Below, piece by piece: positions 12,811 through 24,897 of a DNA stretch of 64,000 nucleotides. Within the stretch, counting starts at the first letter, position 1, and each line of letters opens with the position of its first letter. Below the pieces are notes generated by a model, which did not search any database, had not been told where the DNA came from, and saw nothing but the letters and a program-made list of their open reading frames with translations. Origin of the DNA: Tricharina praecox (Eukaryota); contig NW_026250405.1 in assembly GCF_024521635.1 (NCBI RefSeq), positions 434,001-498,000 of the forward strand, written 5' to 3'. A program made the translations under genes and the position numbers.

Positions 12811-13536
12811 CTATTTCTCCCCATCATCCTCATCATCCGCCGACTTTCCGGCAAGGAGATCCACAAATTCGCGGTACCTGAACACATCTCCGCCTCCACC
12901 ACCACGCTTCAGCCCCTTCCTTCTCGTGAACCCCTTGAGCGCGCGGTCCACATCCTCAGAACTCATCCTCTCGCCCATCCCGGTCAACGCGCTCCTCAGC
13001 TCTTCCACGTCAACCATCCCATCATCGTTCTCATCGAACGCCTCAAACGCGGCCATTAGGTCTCCCACAGGCGAGAGAAGACTCAGGTGCTGCGAAAGAT
13101 GTGTAAGGTACGAAGCGAGATTGAAAGGCGACGGCGCGGAGGAGAGGTGTTGTGATACGGCAGCCGGAGACGCGTCTAGTCCGAGAGACGCGAGCATAGC
13201 TCCAAGGTCTTCCGGCGAGATCACACCGTCACCATCTTTGTCCAGCAGCGTGAAGGATTCTTTGAGTTGGCTGATTTGGACCGCGGAGAGCTGGTTAAGA
13301 GCTCCGCTGGCGCTGCGCCGGAGCGATCGAGGTGTTCCGGAGGGGTGCGCTGCGGGGGAGAGGTAGGACGAGAGGGGCGAGGGTTTCGAGGTACGCGTGT
13401 GTGTTGACTGTAATGACTGAACGGTGTTATTGTTAGTTTGACCATATGCCAATGTGAATGGTGGGGGAACCGTTGTGAAGAGTTGGGTAACATGCAAAGG
13501 TAGAGTACTTTACATGGAGCTTGTACTTACCATCAT
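12811..13536 (-). CDS. rlc1: Myosin II regulatory light chain (EF-hand), about 203 aa, exons 13536-13531 (ATG ATG) and 13416-12811
   Basis: RRSASGALNQLSAVQISQLKESFTLLDKDGDGVISPEDL and AFEAFDENDDGMVDVEEL resemble fission-yeast Rlc1, including the basic phospho-site before EF1. Intron GTAAGT...CTAAC...CAG. Confidence 0.8.
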
Positions 13537-13860
13537 GATGCAATTGGCCGGCTTTTGTTTTCTTTCTAAAGAGATGTCGCGACAAGGAAAGGAGTGGATG
13601 ATGAAGAGAAGCGCGCGAAGGAAGGTAGGGGTGGGTGGTGGTGGCTATTAGTTGAGTGGGTGGCTGGTTGGTGCCTGAGTTCCAGCGGCAATTGTTGTTG
13701 TCTCGATGAAGCTTCAGGTACACAGCCAAAACCCCGGCCATCTCCACAGCAACTAGGACCCGCCGGCCAACAAAGTTACCACACTTTCTCCCCGCCAAAA
13801 ATAATTTCTTCTGCGGAGCCGCGTCCGTACTCTCCCCCGCACACAACACTGTCCACACCA

Positions 13861-14589
13861 ATGTCTTCAATAATACCGCGATTACGACCGCTCCTACGCG
13901 CGACAATACCATTCCGCGCCGCCCGCTTCCACGCAATCTCCGCTCACTACGCGGAGCCCCGTCAAATCCCATTCCTCCCATTATTCCTGCAGCCATCCAC
14001 CTACCGACCAAACTACAACAAGAACGCGGGTGGTGTCCAGAAGGATGGAGATAGAAAAACGAAAGGCCCAAAACCGTGGAATCCGGCTACGTTCTTCATA
14101 GTGCGTGCCGCCTACGGGTTACGAAGATTGGCGGGTTCGCTGACAGGAACGCAGTGGATCTTTCTCATGATCGGTTCGCAGGCGATCCAGCAGTTGACCC
14201 TGAAGCAGGAGCATGCGGATTTTCTGCGGAAGGCGGATGGGAGGATTGCGGTGTTGAGGGAGGTTATTGAGAGGTTGGGCAGAGGGGAGGAGGTGGATGT
14301 GGAGCGTATGCTCGGAACGGGCGAGGATGCGGAGGAAAAGGCCTGGGAGGAGGGTATGTATCCCACCAATTCGTTTGCAGGCCAGGGAAGAGATATTGAC
14401 GGCAAATCTACAGTCATCAAGGAGATTGAAGCGGACGATGTACTCTGGCAGGCACAGAAACTGCAGAAGGAGGCTGCCGCGAAGCAGGCCGAGATACGGC
14501 GGCTAGCAGAGGAGGAACAGGGCGAGGAGGTAGTGCGGGAAGGGAGACGGAAGCGAAGACGGGCTCGGGAAGAAGCCAGATTCCTTTAG
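13861..14589 (+). CDS. Conserved fungal hypothetical membrane protein, DUF5321-like, probably mitochondrial, about 204 aa, exons 13861-14100, 14155-14353, 14414-14589
   Basis: Arg-rich presequence-like N-terminus, WNPATFFIWIFLMIGSQAI TM segment and LREVIERLGRGEEVDVERMLGTG. Two GT-AG introns of 54 and 60 nt. The family name is from memory. Confidence 0.75.
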   Translation: MSSIIPRLRPLLRATIPFRAARFHAISAHYAEPRQIPFLPLFLQPSTYRPNYNKNAGGVQKDGDRKTKGPKPWNPATFFIVRAAYGLRRLAGSLTGTQWIFLMIGSQAIQQLTLKQEHADFLRKADGRIAVLREVIERLGRGEEVDVERMLGTGEDAEEKAWEEGMYPTNSFAGQGRDIDGKSTVIKEIEADDVLWQAQKLQKEAAAKQAEIRRLAEEEQGEEVVREGRRKRRRAREEARFL

Positions 14590-15034
14590 ATGGGGAAACA
14601 GTCACTGCATATCTACGGGGTTCCATCCGAACGCTGTCGATATAGTATTCCATGTAAGATGCTGAGGAAGCACTCACAATTCTCGATTTGCATACCCCGT
14701 GCATATAGTATCCGTACACATGGATTTGGCGGTAGTTCATTATCTAGCGACAAGCGGAAGCGAAGGTTAACATGTCCGATATTTCCCCGCCAAAAAACGC
14801 CCAGACAAACAGATGCACGATGCCCCACTATATACCCCCGCCGTTCCGATTCCCGACGGATGAGCTTTAGGTTGTGCGTATATGAAGCCCATCCATCTCT
14901 ATTTCCTCCCACATCATCGTCCCGTTTTCAATCCACATCTCCATCTCCACCTCTACCCTTCGCGATTTACCCGTAATCAATCGCTGAAAGTACACCTCCA
15001 CCACTATCACACCCACCACCACTCTCTTGCAAAA

Positions 15035-15995
15035 ATGACCTTCGAAACCAAAGCTACAATCGCCAGCTTCGGCGGTAAGCTGCTGAAGCTTCAACACGAC
15101 AGTGCGTCCTCTTGAGTCCGCGCCCCCAAATAACCTCTAACTCTCCCTAGGCAAATCCACTGGCACTCCCATGGCCCTAAACCTCTACCTTCCACCTCAA
15201 ACCAACACCACCAAAGTCCCTGTCCTAATCTACCTTTCTGGACTCACCTGCACGGGCGACAACTGCGCAGAAAAGGGCTTCCTCCAACGCCACGCCGCGC
15301 AGCACGGAATCGCGATCGTGTACCCCGATACCTCACCCCGCGGGGCCTCTATCGCTGGTGAAGATGACAGCTGGGACTTTGGTACCGGCGCCGGGTTCTA
15401 CGTGGATGCCACCAACGGCCCGTGGGAGAAGAACTACAAGATGTACTCGTACATCACCTCGGAGCTTCCGTCAACACTCTTCCCCGCGTACAAGGACCAG
15501 CTGGACTCCTCGCGCGTGTCGATCACCGGACACTCCATGGGCGGCCATGGTGCATTGACGCTGTTCCTCAAGAACCCCGGAATGTACAAGAGTGTGTCCG
15601 CATTCGCGCCCATATCGAACCCTATCAACTGCCCGTGGGGACAGAAGGCGTTTGCCGGATACCTGGGCGAGGATAAGGAGGCGTGGAAGGCGCACGATGC
15701 GACGGAGCTCCTCAAGGAGTGGAAGGGCAAGGGTTTCAAGGCGCTGATCGATGTCGGCACTGGAGACAACTTCTACAAGCAGGGACAGTTGCTGCCAGAG
15801 AACTTTGAGAAGGCGGCGAAGGAGGCGGGTGCCGAGGTCGAGGTTCGATATCAGCCTGTGAGTTACCTTCCTACGAAAATTAACAGGGAGGGAGAGGGCT
15901 AATGGACTGTGCAGGATTACGATCACAGCTACTTCTTCATCTCCACCTTTGGTGAGGACCATGTGGCCTACCATGCGAAGTTTTTAAAAAACTAG
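15035..15995 (+). CDS. S-formylglutathione hydrolase (esterase D), 284 aa, exons 15035-15101, 15151-15857, 15915-15995
   Basis: LSGLTCT, PDTSPRG, WDFGTGAGFYVDAT, nucleophile elbow GHSMGGHGAL, CPWGQKAF and YDHSYFFISTF. Confidence 0.95.
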
Positions 15996-18900
15996 TGGGT
16001 ACTCACCCTCCAGATGGCCAGAGACTTTGGGCTGATGGCGGGAAGGGGTAGTGGGATGGTGAAGCTATAGGCTGGCTGGGAGGGAGTGTGTGTGTGTGTG
16101 TGCTGAAATGAATCTTGTTATATACACATGTGCTATTGCTCGCCGTTGCTCTACTTATGCCTGAGAAGCATAGAACCATGATGGTTCGCTGGCTGGGAGT
16201 CCAGTGTTCGCCAGCCTCATTTTCCATCCAAGATCGGTACCTTGCGGCCTTGCCACCACTTGAATCTCCGAACAATGCATTCATTTCCCGGTTCTCACAC
16301 ATTCCGTGGTCCAAACTTCAGCCCTCTAGTTTCATGTGCGCACACGCCTTGAACCCCCAGTCGGGCGAACGAAATGAGGTAGATATGTATCAGAGACATC
16401 TCCTGAGTCCTCTACCAATCGGCGCAAAGCCCAGGCCTGTACATCACCGATGAGGCATCCGTCTAGAAGGCGCGGACGCCGTGTCTGCCCTCCACCACCA
16501 CCACCACCAGGCTCTGTCCTGCCCCACCCCGCGTGCTCGTCCACTAGCGCACTAGCGCACCCTGGCATTGTGGCTTATCGATTATCGGGCTTATCGGAAC
16601 TTCGGCTTGTTCCGGATAATGGTTGGCAGCAGCGGCCGCTGGCGCTTAATTACATACAGACTTTACCGTGATTAGCCAGGGGGGGGGACGGATTAAGCGC
16701 TAAGCGTGCGGGTGCGGGTGCGGGTGCAGGTACCCGTGCTCCCGTGGAGATTCTCGGTCGCGCCTGGAGGATGTGCCGATGGATGGATGGAATCACCGAT
16801 CAAGCTCGGCTTCGCGCACCATGGATTCAATCCGATCCGTTAAATGCCCGAAATGCGGCCCCTGTCGGGAAAACTGCGGTGCCACGGCTCAGGTCGGGAC
16901 CGAGCCGTGTTGTGCCATATTCTGAAGGTTTCGGTATGTCCGTCCTGCGAAAAGATCGGTCCCGGAGCCGTCGTCCGGTACTTCTTTCCACGTCGCCTGT
17001 CCGGATCAGTTCTAGCTACAGCCTACAGCCCACAGCCTACAGCACAGTCATGAAGATTTACGGGTTGCCGACGAGGCGTGAAGGCGGGCCGGTGATGCAC
17101 ATTACATACATGAGTAACTACATGTGGTGCTAAAACCCCGCATGTATGTACTGTGCCACTCGCTTGATGGTGGGATGGTGGAATGGAGTCCGTACATATG
17201 AAGGTCCAAACAAGGCACATCTTCGAGAGCGGGGTCAGTGAGCTCGAGTGGTGATGCAGAGTTGAAGTGTGGCTGGATGATATGTACCGAGGGCTGCGGA
17301 GTGTACAGGAATCGCGGGGCATGATTCGTGACAGTGCCGGGGTCGCCGACCCGCCGACTAGTGTAACTATCTCCGTCTACGCCCGGGTAGGGCAATCATT
17401 ACCCCGGATTGCCCCGGTGGATTTTTCATGCAGCACATCTCGGGTACGGCTTCGTCTGTAGGAGCTACATCGATCGGCTCTTCGTGGGTGCGGGGTAGAG
17501 GGATGAGTTTACCGGTGGCCGGTAAATTTTGCCCAATACATCTCTGCCTACTCATGCACATGTTCCTACGAGGCAAAACAAGTGGCTCTCCCAGAAACTG
17601 CATCGTATGTACATACATGCCGGCGACTTCGCGTCTCCACATCCAATATCCCGTAAGCGCATCTATCGAGCGAAGAGTGCCGCTTGAGGGTACATACATA
17701 CGCTACAGAAGCGCGGCACTTTCAGGGTGCGGGTTAGGTCGATCGAGGTGTGATCGATATGCGCTGTTGGGGTGGGGCGGACTACCGCGGAGCACGATGC
17801 TAGAGGGATTTCCGAGTTGGCGTTGACCGGGCGCTCGACTGAAGGCCTGTTTGCAGAGTGGTACTCATGCCATTCATGTTTATACAACCCGCCACCCGCG
17901 CCTTTAGGTATCTCGACCAAGTCCAGAACCCAGCGTCTGCGCCGGTGAAGCGCGGCTCGCCGAACGCTTCCGGAGCGGTAACACACAGATGCGCCGTGCC
18001 GATTGATAGATAGATCTGTTGATTCAACTGGTAAGCTGTCAGATACACTCTATGTCCACCGGGACCCCGCCCATATATATGCTCATATCGGATCAGCAAT
18101 GACACCATGCATCGCACCGGGTAATGCTAAACCGTGAGCGTGGATTATGCACATCTACCAGCCCAAGGTGTGGCTAATATCGAGTAACCGAGTGGCCAGG
18201 ATCGCAACGGCGGGGATTGATGGATGGATACCGGCGTTTATGCACCTCCCTCCTCCTAGAATCAGGGTTCGAATCTATGCGATAGATATATAGGACCGAT
18301 GTGCGACGGGGATCGTGGGTGTAAAAAGTACGTACCCGGGCTGGAACGGCTGGAAGCCTGGAACAGAGCTGACAACGATTGGCTGCGGGGACGCCGTGAA
18401 CTTTACTGGCCGTCGACCCCGCCTGACTGTACCATCCCATCCCAGCGCCATAAACTCGGATTCCCCGGGTCGTCGATCAGCATGAACCTCCAAACTCCGA
18501 TTCGAATCTCTATCCCCTCAGTCGTGATTAGATCGTTCGAAAGCCCGGCCGTGGGCTGGGGAGCCTGACGCCTGCAGGATGCAGGGTGTACATAGAGTGC
18601 AGAGTACGGACGACAGCTGTGGCTCACATGACCGTTGCCCATGAAGTTCTAGAGCACTTGGAACAGTGGCTGACGGTTGCATGCATCCTTGGTACTTGGT
18701 ACAGTAAGTATGTAAGCAGTTACTTGTATGATAGCTGTAGTTTGTTTCCAAGTGTAGCAACTTCTGCCTAGTGGGGATATGTTTACTCTGGATTCTAGTC
18801 TGACAATTGATCTGGCAAACAGGATAATGGGGTGATGAAGATGCTGGAGCTAGGATTGTAGTGGTTGTCGGAAGGCATGAATCAATGTACAGATGTAACT

Positions 18901-19466
18901 ATGGGCATTGGACCATGAGGTGCCGCTTTTGTTCACTGTAGTATGGACGGACTGGATTGCCCAAAGGGAAGCATCATGGTGATGGTGACCAACATTGACT
19001 TGTGAGCAACAGCTAGAATACAGTAGAATAGACTCATACAACACAAGCTCGGAAGCAAAGGAAATCCATCCCCAGCGCACAGTCCTTCGACAATACTGGT
19101 ACAGAATCCACCGCAACACAGACAGTACAAGTACAGACTCCACAAGCCATCAACACATACATAGGAGACAAGGAGAAAATGAAAAAACAGAATCTATTGA
19201 CCGCACAAACGGAAATCGATCAAGTGAAATATGTAAGGAAAGAATAGATGGCCGAGCTCAGGAAGGAAAGAGAGGTAAAAAGAGTCAAACACAAAGAGGT
19301 ACGGCAGACACAGACAGGCACGTACAGTGCAGATACAACAAGGAAGGAAAGCGAATCCGAAGGGATGAGGGAAGAGGAGGAGGAAGCCACCACCACCACA
19401 GCCAATCACAGCTGGTGGGGGCGTCCAGTTCGAGGCACAGCCGGAGATCGTGTGTCGAGGGCTGAC

Positions 19467-19687
19467 TTAGGTCCGACTGCTCCACAGTCTAGCAGCCATT
19501 GTTGAAATCTAAACAAAAGCAAATGTCAGAATGTGTACAAACAAGCAAAAGCAAAGAGGACACTACAAACCTTTTTGGTGGAGCGGAACGCGGAAGTCAT
19601 CTTTCGTCCACAGTAAAGCCCACATTTCTGACAGACGGGGACCTGCGAGGTCACTTCGTAACCGCAGCTAGGGCAAGTGAATCTCAT
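19467..19687 (-). CDS. Putative zinc-ribbon microprotein, 52 aa, exons 19687-19571 and 19508-19467
   Basis: MRFTCPSCGYEVTSQVPVCQKCGLYCGRKMTSAFRSTKK/ISTMAARLWSSRT*. Two CxxCG knuckles, a 62-nt phase-0 intron (GTTTGT...CTGAC...TTTAG) and a pyrimidine-rich leader upstream. Confidence 0.65.
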
Positions 19688-22600
19688 TGCGTTGATTGAT
19701 TGAAGGTGTTTGTAGTGGAAAGAGTCGAGGAAGACCCGAAGGAGGAGGCGATAGAGTACGGTGAGGAGGATTGAGAGAGAAGATGCTGAGGTGTTTGGAT
19801 GATGTCGGGAGAGTTGGTTTGGAATATGTATGTCTGGCGAGCTTGCTGAAGAGTGTTGGTGAATATCTCGAACATAGGCAATTGGATCTGGTCCTCATAT
19901 ATGATTCTTTAGGCCTCTGAAGGATTGAAGTTAGTGGGACGTTGTCCCCTGAACTGCTCCATACCCACCACCACCTCCACCTCCACCTCCATTCAATGCG
20001 AACCCACTATACCAAAGGATCCAGCGGTCTGGGGGACATGTTGCACAGCCGTTTCCCTATCGCTCAGGAACGGTCTCCCTCCTTTTCTGGCATGGAGCAC
20101 CGACTGGTGAGACGCACATACTGGGAGTAATTGTGGATATCGTGCGTGCATGAGAACGAGTAGGGCGGAAGGATCGTTGGAGGTGGTATCGACCAGATAA
20201 CGCAGGAGGTTCGGCAAACGACAGCCTAGCAAGCGACCGCTGTGGCAAATGCAGGGAGCGTCATGTGTGGAAGGTCTGCGGAAGCTTCCATGGAGCATGT
20301 GCTGCACGGCTGCACGGCTGCACGGGCTGGCTGCCTTCCATCGTTGGTTCCATGCTCCATGCACCATGCTCCATCCAATCTCAGTCTGCACCAACGACGC
20401 TGGACGATGGTTTGAGCGCTATGGGGGCTGTGTGCTGTAGCTCTCCCGCTACGGCTAAGGCACGTGCGGCGGAAGGGCTGCGGCCGGGCCTGTAAGCTGT
20501 GCAGAATCTTTCCATGCCTTTGGAGGGGGTGGGCAGAGGATCCGGTAATGCAGGCTTTAGCAGTGGTCAGAGCTTTTCGGAGGCGAAAATTCGCTCGTTA
20601 AGCTGCAGGCAGTCATGGTCAGCGGTTGGCAGCAGAGAGACCGTGCACGCTTGGGCCGTGCCCTGGTGTGGTGGTACAGAAGCGCGCGGTTGGTGGCTAG
20701 CCGACTAGCGACTCCCTCCGCAGAGATGCACCGCCACCGAATGCCCGTTTTGCATTGGGCGACCGTTTAGGACCGATCGCACTACGGTGCGGCCAGATGG
20801 CTAGCAGTTAAGGAGAGGGGTAACTGCCGTGAGAGGTGCAATGGCTCGTTCGCCTGCAAATCGCTTGCTTGCTGGCACCGTGCCGCACTCACGATCATAG
20901 CATTCACCGTCCTACATACTCAACCTCACCGTTAATCTAGTGACGATAATCGCAACACCCGCCCGCGCCGGCATCAGTTCATCATTCTATCAAAACAACC
21001 TTGAAACAAACTACCACTTCCGCTCCTTTCCATTGTTTCCCTCCTCCACCACCCTTGCTCGACTCCATCGTCGCATATCGTACGGAAGACTCCGTTGCCT
21101 TCCTTTGCGCTCCTGGGAGGGGTGGCCAGTCGCGGGGAGGAGCTGCAGGCTCGCTGGACGCACTTGAACATCTGTAACTCCCCCTTCGAATCTGTTTTAC
21201 ATTCCCTGTAACGTCGGCGGGGAAGGGGGGGGGGAAGAGGAGGGGGGGGTGGCAAAATAAAACCGAAACAGACAGCCTACGCGAGCTCGCTTCTCCATCT
21301 TAGACACTCGCTTATCTTATTATCTTATCGATTGCACTTCCGTTAAATGCTTGCGGTGAGTTCTGTGTTTGTCGACACGCACTGTGCGCGCGGGAAAGGC
21401 GCAGCCACTTACGCAGTAGCCGGAGTAGGTAAGGGTCTGGCTGTTCGTCTGTGCATAGTCATGGCGTCTGTGGCTGCCTAGCCTCTCTCTCTCTCTCTCC
21501 GCCGCTCGTTCACTCGCGTCGCTGTAGGGCATAGATTTCACAAGTTTTTTACTTTTCCGCGAACAAAAAATATTGAAGCCGAAAAAAAGGTCGGAGCAAT
21601 TACCGCACTATGATCGGTTTGCGCCAGTTTTGCCGCCAGCCCTGAAGTGAACCGCCAGGATAGTATGGGTTCTAGCGCCCCCCCTCCCCCGCGCGGAGGT
21701 TTATCGCGATTGCAGAGTTCGGAAAATTCTTCAACGAAGCACCATCCGTGTGCGTTCCTGACTAGGTACGTACCATGAAACACGCAAATCGCATTGAGAT
21801 TATCATCACCCACCGTCATCATCGCGATCATCCTCAGCAACATCCTCAGCACCATCCTCAGTCCACTACCTATGGTTTTTTCGGTTTCGTCATAGCACAT
21901 TCAATTTGGTCTTGATCATGATGACACTCAGCCAACTATGGGTATGAAAGGAACATTCTTTGCTGTCGATCGATACCAAGTGTCAAAGTTCCAAAACCGG
22001 CAATCTTGAAGAATCCTTCGCATTCACCACCGTCCTCTATGTACAATAAGAGGGCCCCCCCCCTATCTCCGCTCAAAACGGGAAAAATGGCATTCAAAAC
22101 AAAACAAAACAAACACCCGGAAATCCTTGACGGTGATGCCCAGTAACTCCATGGCCCATCCCATCCCGATTTCAACTTTGTAGGGCGAAAAGAATATCGC
22201 CCGGCCAATGATCCGTGTATCATCAACCCGGATGACCTCTTCCAACGTCGTACCGGTCAAGCAAGTAGAATGACAGCTGGTTGCTAACCGGCTTCCGGAA
22301 CGTGTGTGTGTGTGTGTCTGATTCGATTCAGGAACTAACCCCCACCCCCCGGAAAGAGAAAATGCTGCCAACGAACGCCCATCGAGTGGGTTGATTCGTT
22401 CAGCACGCATCTACCGATGCAAGTCAAGATTGTAATGTTCCTGTGACGCACACCCATCCACCCCCGGTGAATGGTGGCCTAATGGCTACATATCGTGATC
22501 TTCGGGGATGGCTGCTGTGTCTCCGCTGCTGCTGCTGCTGTCGCCGCCACACAGTGACGTCTCCGGTGTCGATCCGTAAGCTCACGATGCCCACGTCGGC

Positions 22601-23979
22601 GCGGATGATATAGGGCATCGAGGGGAGCCTGTGATGCTGTGAGGCCATCAACTGGGAGGCATTGTTTCGGATAGCACGACCGAGAGCTCTGAACACTCGC
22701 TGTCGATTATCCCTCCTGTCTTCCCTGTCGTGGGCGGCAATTCGAGATTAGGTGGCTCTCGGCTGACAATGGACCTATTCAGCCAAGGGGTGAGATGATG
22801 GATCGTATGCCATGTGTCGTGTGGAGGGTGAGTGGCCGGCCGTCGTGACGGTCATCTTCATTCGATGCATACCGTACGCATGAAGCGTCACCTACACGCG
22901 GCCAGATCATCTAGAACGGTACGGAATGCCCATCGAGCGGACTCTGCTCGTACACTTGGAATCAGCATCGATCAGGACGAGTTCGTTTTCTGGAGATACC
23001 GAAAGAGCCCCGAGGGAGAAGTTGCAGTTGGGCCGCGCCTTGATTTGGGACAAGCGCGTGAGCCGCTCGGATCCGATGCAGATGAAACTAGCGGCGCGAC
23101 GCAATCGGCCGCTTGTCTCAGTATCACTGGATCGGAGTCGTGTAGGGTACCCATAGCCCAGCCATGGTCGAGGCAGAGTGCGCGGCTGAGAGCGGGTGAC
23201 TGAGCTAAGGCGGAGCGCAAAGAGGGGTTGCAGGGTTTGGGGACGATTTCGCGAGGCAAAGGGTGGACCAAGAAGAACCCCCATGGCTTCATGCAGCGCT
23301 AAGGGAGTCAAGAATGCTCAAAGTACCAGACAATAAAGCACGGCTCAAGCACTCTCGAGTCCCGCCGCCGCAGAACACCGATTCTAAAGCGTGTGCAACC
23401 TCCTATGCGACAGCAACCGGCCATCAACAGAGCGTAAGGTAGTCTCAATGCATCCGCTATATATCGACAGCCCCGCCTAATGCCGTGATATTCCTGAGCA
23501 GCTAGCTAGCAGCGAAACAATAGCTTCGATTCGATTCGGTTCGGATTCCTCCGACACACTGCGGCTTCTCTCGCGCATTTCCTCTCCATCCTCTCCTGCG
23601 CGTGGCGTGTGTGCGACCGCGCAAACTCCCGTCGGCCATCTCCCGCATCCTAAAGTTGCGGTTCTCCGGGTTCGGAAAGAAGTAGGGTCGGTCCGTCCCT
23701 TTCTACTCTACGACCTCGCGCTTCGAGCAATATTGATCCTCCTGTGGCGCGTAGCAGCACCAGCCAGCATAGTTTCCCCATTCGAGGTAGCTCAAACAAC
23801 CGCGCGCGCGCACGATCGATATCGCTCCGAAACCACGGCCACAGCCACAACCCACTACCACTACCACTACCACACTTCTTTCTTACTTGCTGCCCATCTC
23901 TCCATCCCTTCCCATCCCATCCCATCCCATCCCCCGTCCCGTCTCTCGTCCGAGCTCGATCCCTAACCTCGCCCACGCG

Positions 23980-24897
23980 ATGGCCGCGCATTACCGGAAG
24001 CACATCGCGCCTATCGCGACGTTCCGGGATGTCCGCAGCCAAGTGGGCCTGCTCCATCGGTCGGGCAACCGGCGCATCTGGGGCTTGGGGTCGGAGGTTG
24101 TCTGCCGCGAGAGGCCGATCACGGCTGTCGAAACGCCCAACGACGAGTTTGCGATCCTCGAGTTCCTCCGCGAGAACACCAGGATCCCCGTGCAGAGGGG
24201 ACTCCACGAATGGCTCGACAAGGAGAGCCAGGTGCACTTCTCCCTCAAAACGAAGATTCCCGGCGAGTCGCTCGAATCGTTGTGGCCGACGCTCACCTGG
24301 CGGGAGAAGGAGAGGATGGCCGACGAAACGGCCAAATATCTGAAGGAGCTCCGGGGGCTGACGTCAAACTACTACGGAAGGGTCAAGGAGAGTGGCAACG
24401 TCGATACTCTGATGTTTAACTACCCGCAGCCTAAACCACAGGGCCCGTTCGCCACCCAGGACGAACTTTGGAACGCGATGGTTGCGACGCTCAAAGGCCA
24501 GATCCCCCGGAAGGCTCTCTCTCGCTTGCGGGCCCAAATGCCCGAATGTCTGCCCTGGACCTACACGCATGGCGACCTCGGCTTCGGCAATATCATTGTG
24601 AGAAATGGCCATGTCGTGGGGATTCTAGATTGGGAGTGGAGCGGCTATTTCCCGTGCTGGTGGGAGTACGTCAAGTTCCGGGCCGGGCTTTCGATCTGGA
24701 TCGATAGGGAGTGGTGGGATCTGCTCGAGTACCGACTGGAAAAACATCAGGATGCGTATGAATTCTATGACAAGTTCCACTCGTTGGTCTGGAAGGTCGA
24801 GAGCGCTACTAGGAGTATAGACCCGACTAAGGTCAAGATAGGTAATGCCGTTCTTGAAGAGTTGCTCGAGGATGAGAACGGGGTATCGCTCGAGTGA
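23980..24897 (+). CDS. APH/choline-kinase-like phosphotransferase, 305 aa, intronless
   Basis: Brenner-type motif YTHGDLGFGNIIV followed by GILDWEWSGYFPCWWEY. N-lobe NDEFAILEFLRENTRIPV and IPGESLESLW. Confidence 0.9.
   Translation: MAAHYRKHIAPIATFRDVRSQVGLLHRSGNRRIWGLGSEVVCRERPITAVETPNDEFAILEFLRENTRIPVQRGLHEWLDKESQVHFSLKTKIPGESLESLWPTLTWREKERMADETAKYLKELRGLTSNYYGRVKESGNVDTLMFNYPQPKPQGPFATQDELWNAMVATLKGQIPRKALSRLRAQMPECLPWTYTHGDLGFGNIIVRNGHVVGILDWEWSGYFPCWWEYVKFRAGLSIWIDREWWDLLEYRLEKHQDAYEFYDKFHSLVWKVESATRSIDPTKVKIGNAVLEELLEDENGVSLE

Noticed and set aside
8334..13366. Long plus-strand ORFs at 8334, 9455 and 12722
   Set aside because: Antisense shadows of RPS25, NNF1 and the myosin light chain.
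18176..18290. tRNA-like A-box (TAACCGAGTGG) and B-box (GGTTCGAATC)
   Set aside because: The T-stem has a mismatch, the acceptor stem does not pair in register and no anticodon arm could be built. tRNAscan-SE would settle it.
21347..21425. ATG CTT GCG followed by a GTGAGT donor
   Set aside because: Nearby acceptors lead to a stop within 0-2 codons, so no coding model is supported.
22832..23311. Overlapping 100-130 codon ORFs on both strands
   Set aside because: No domain or consistent splice model found.
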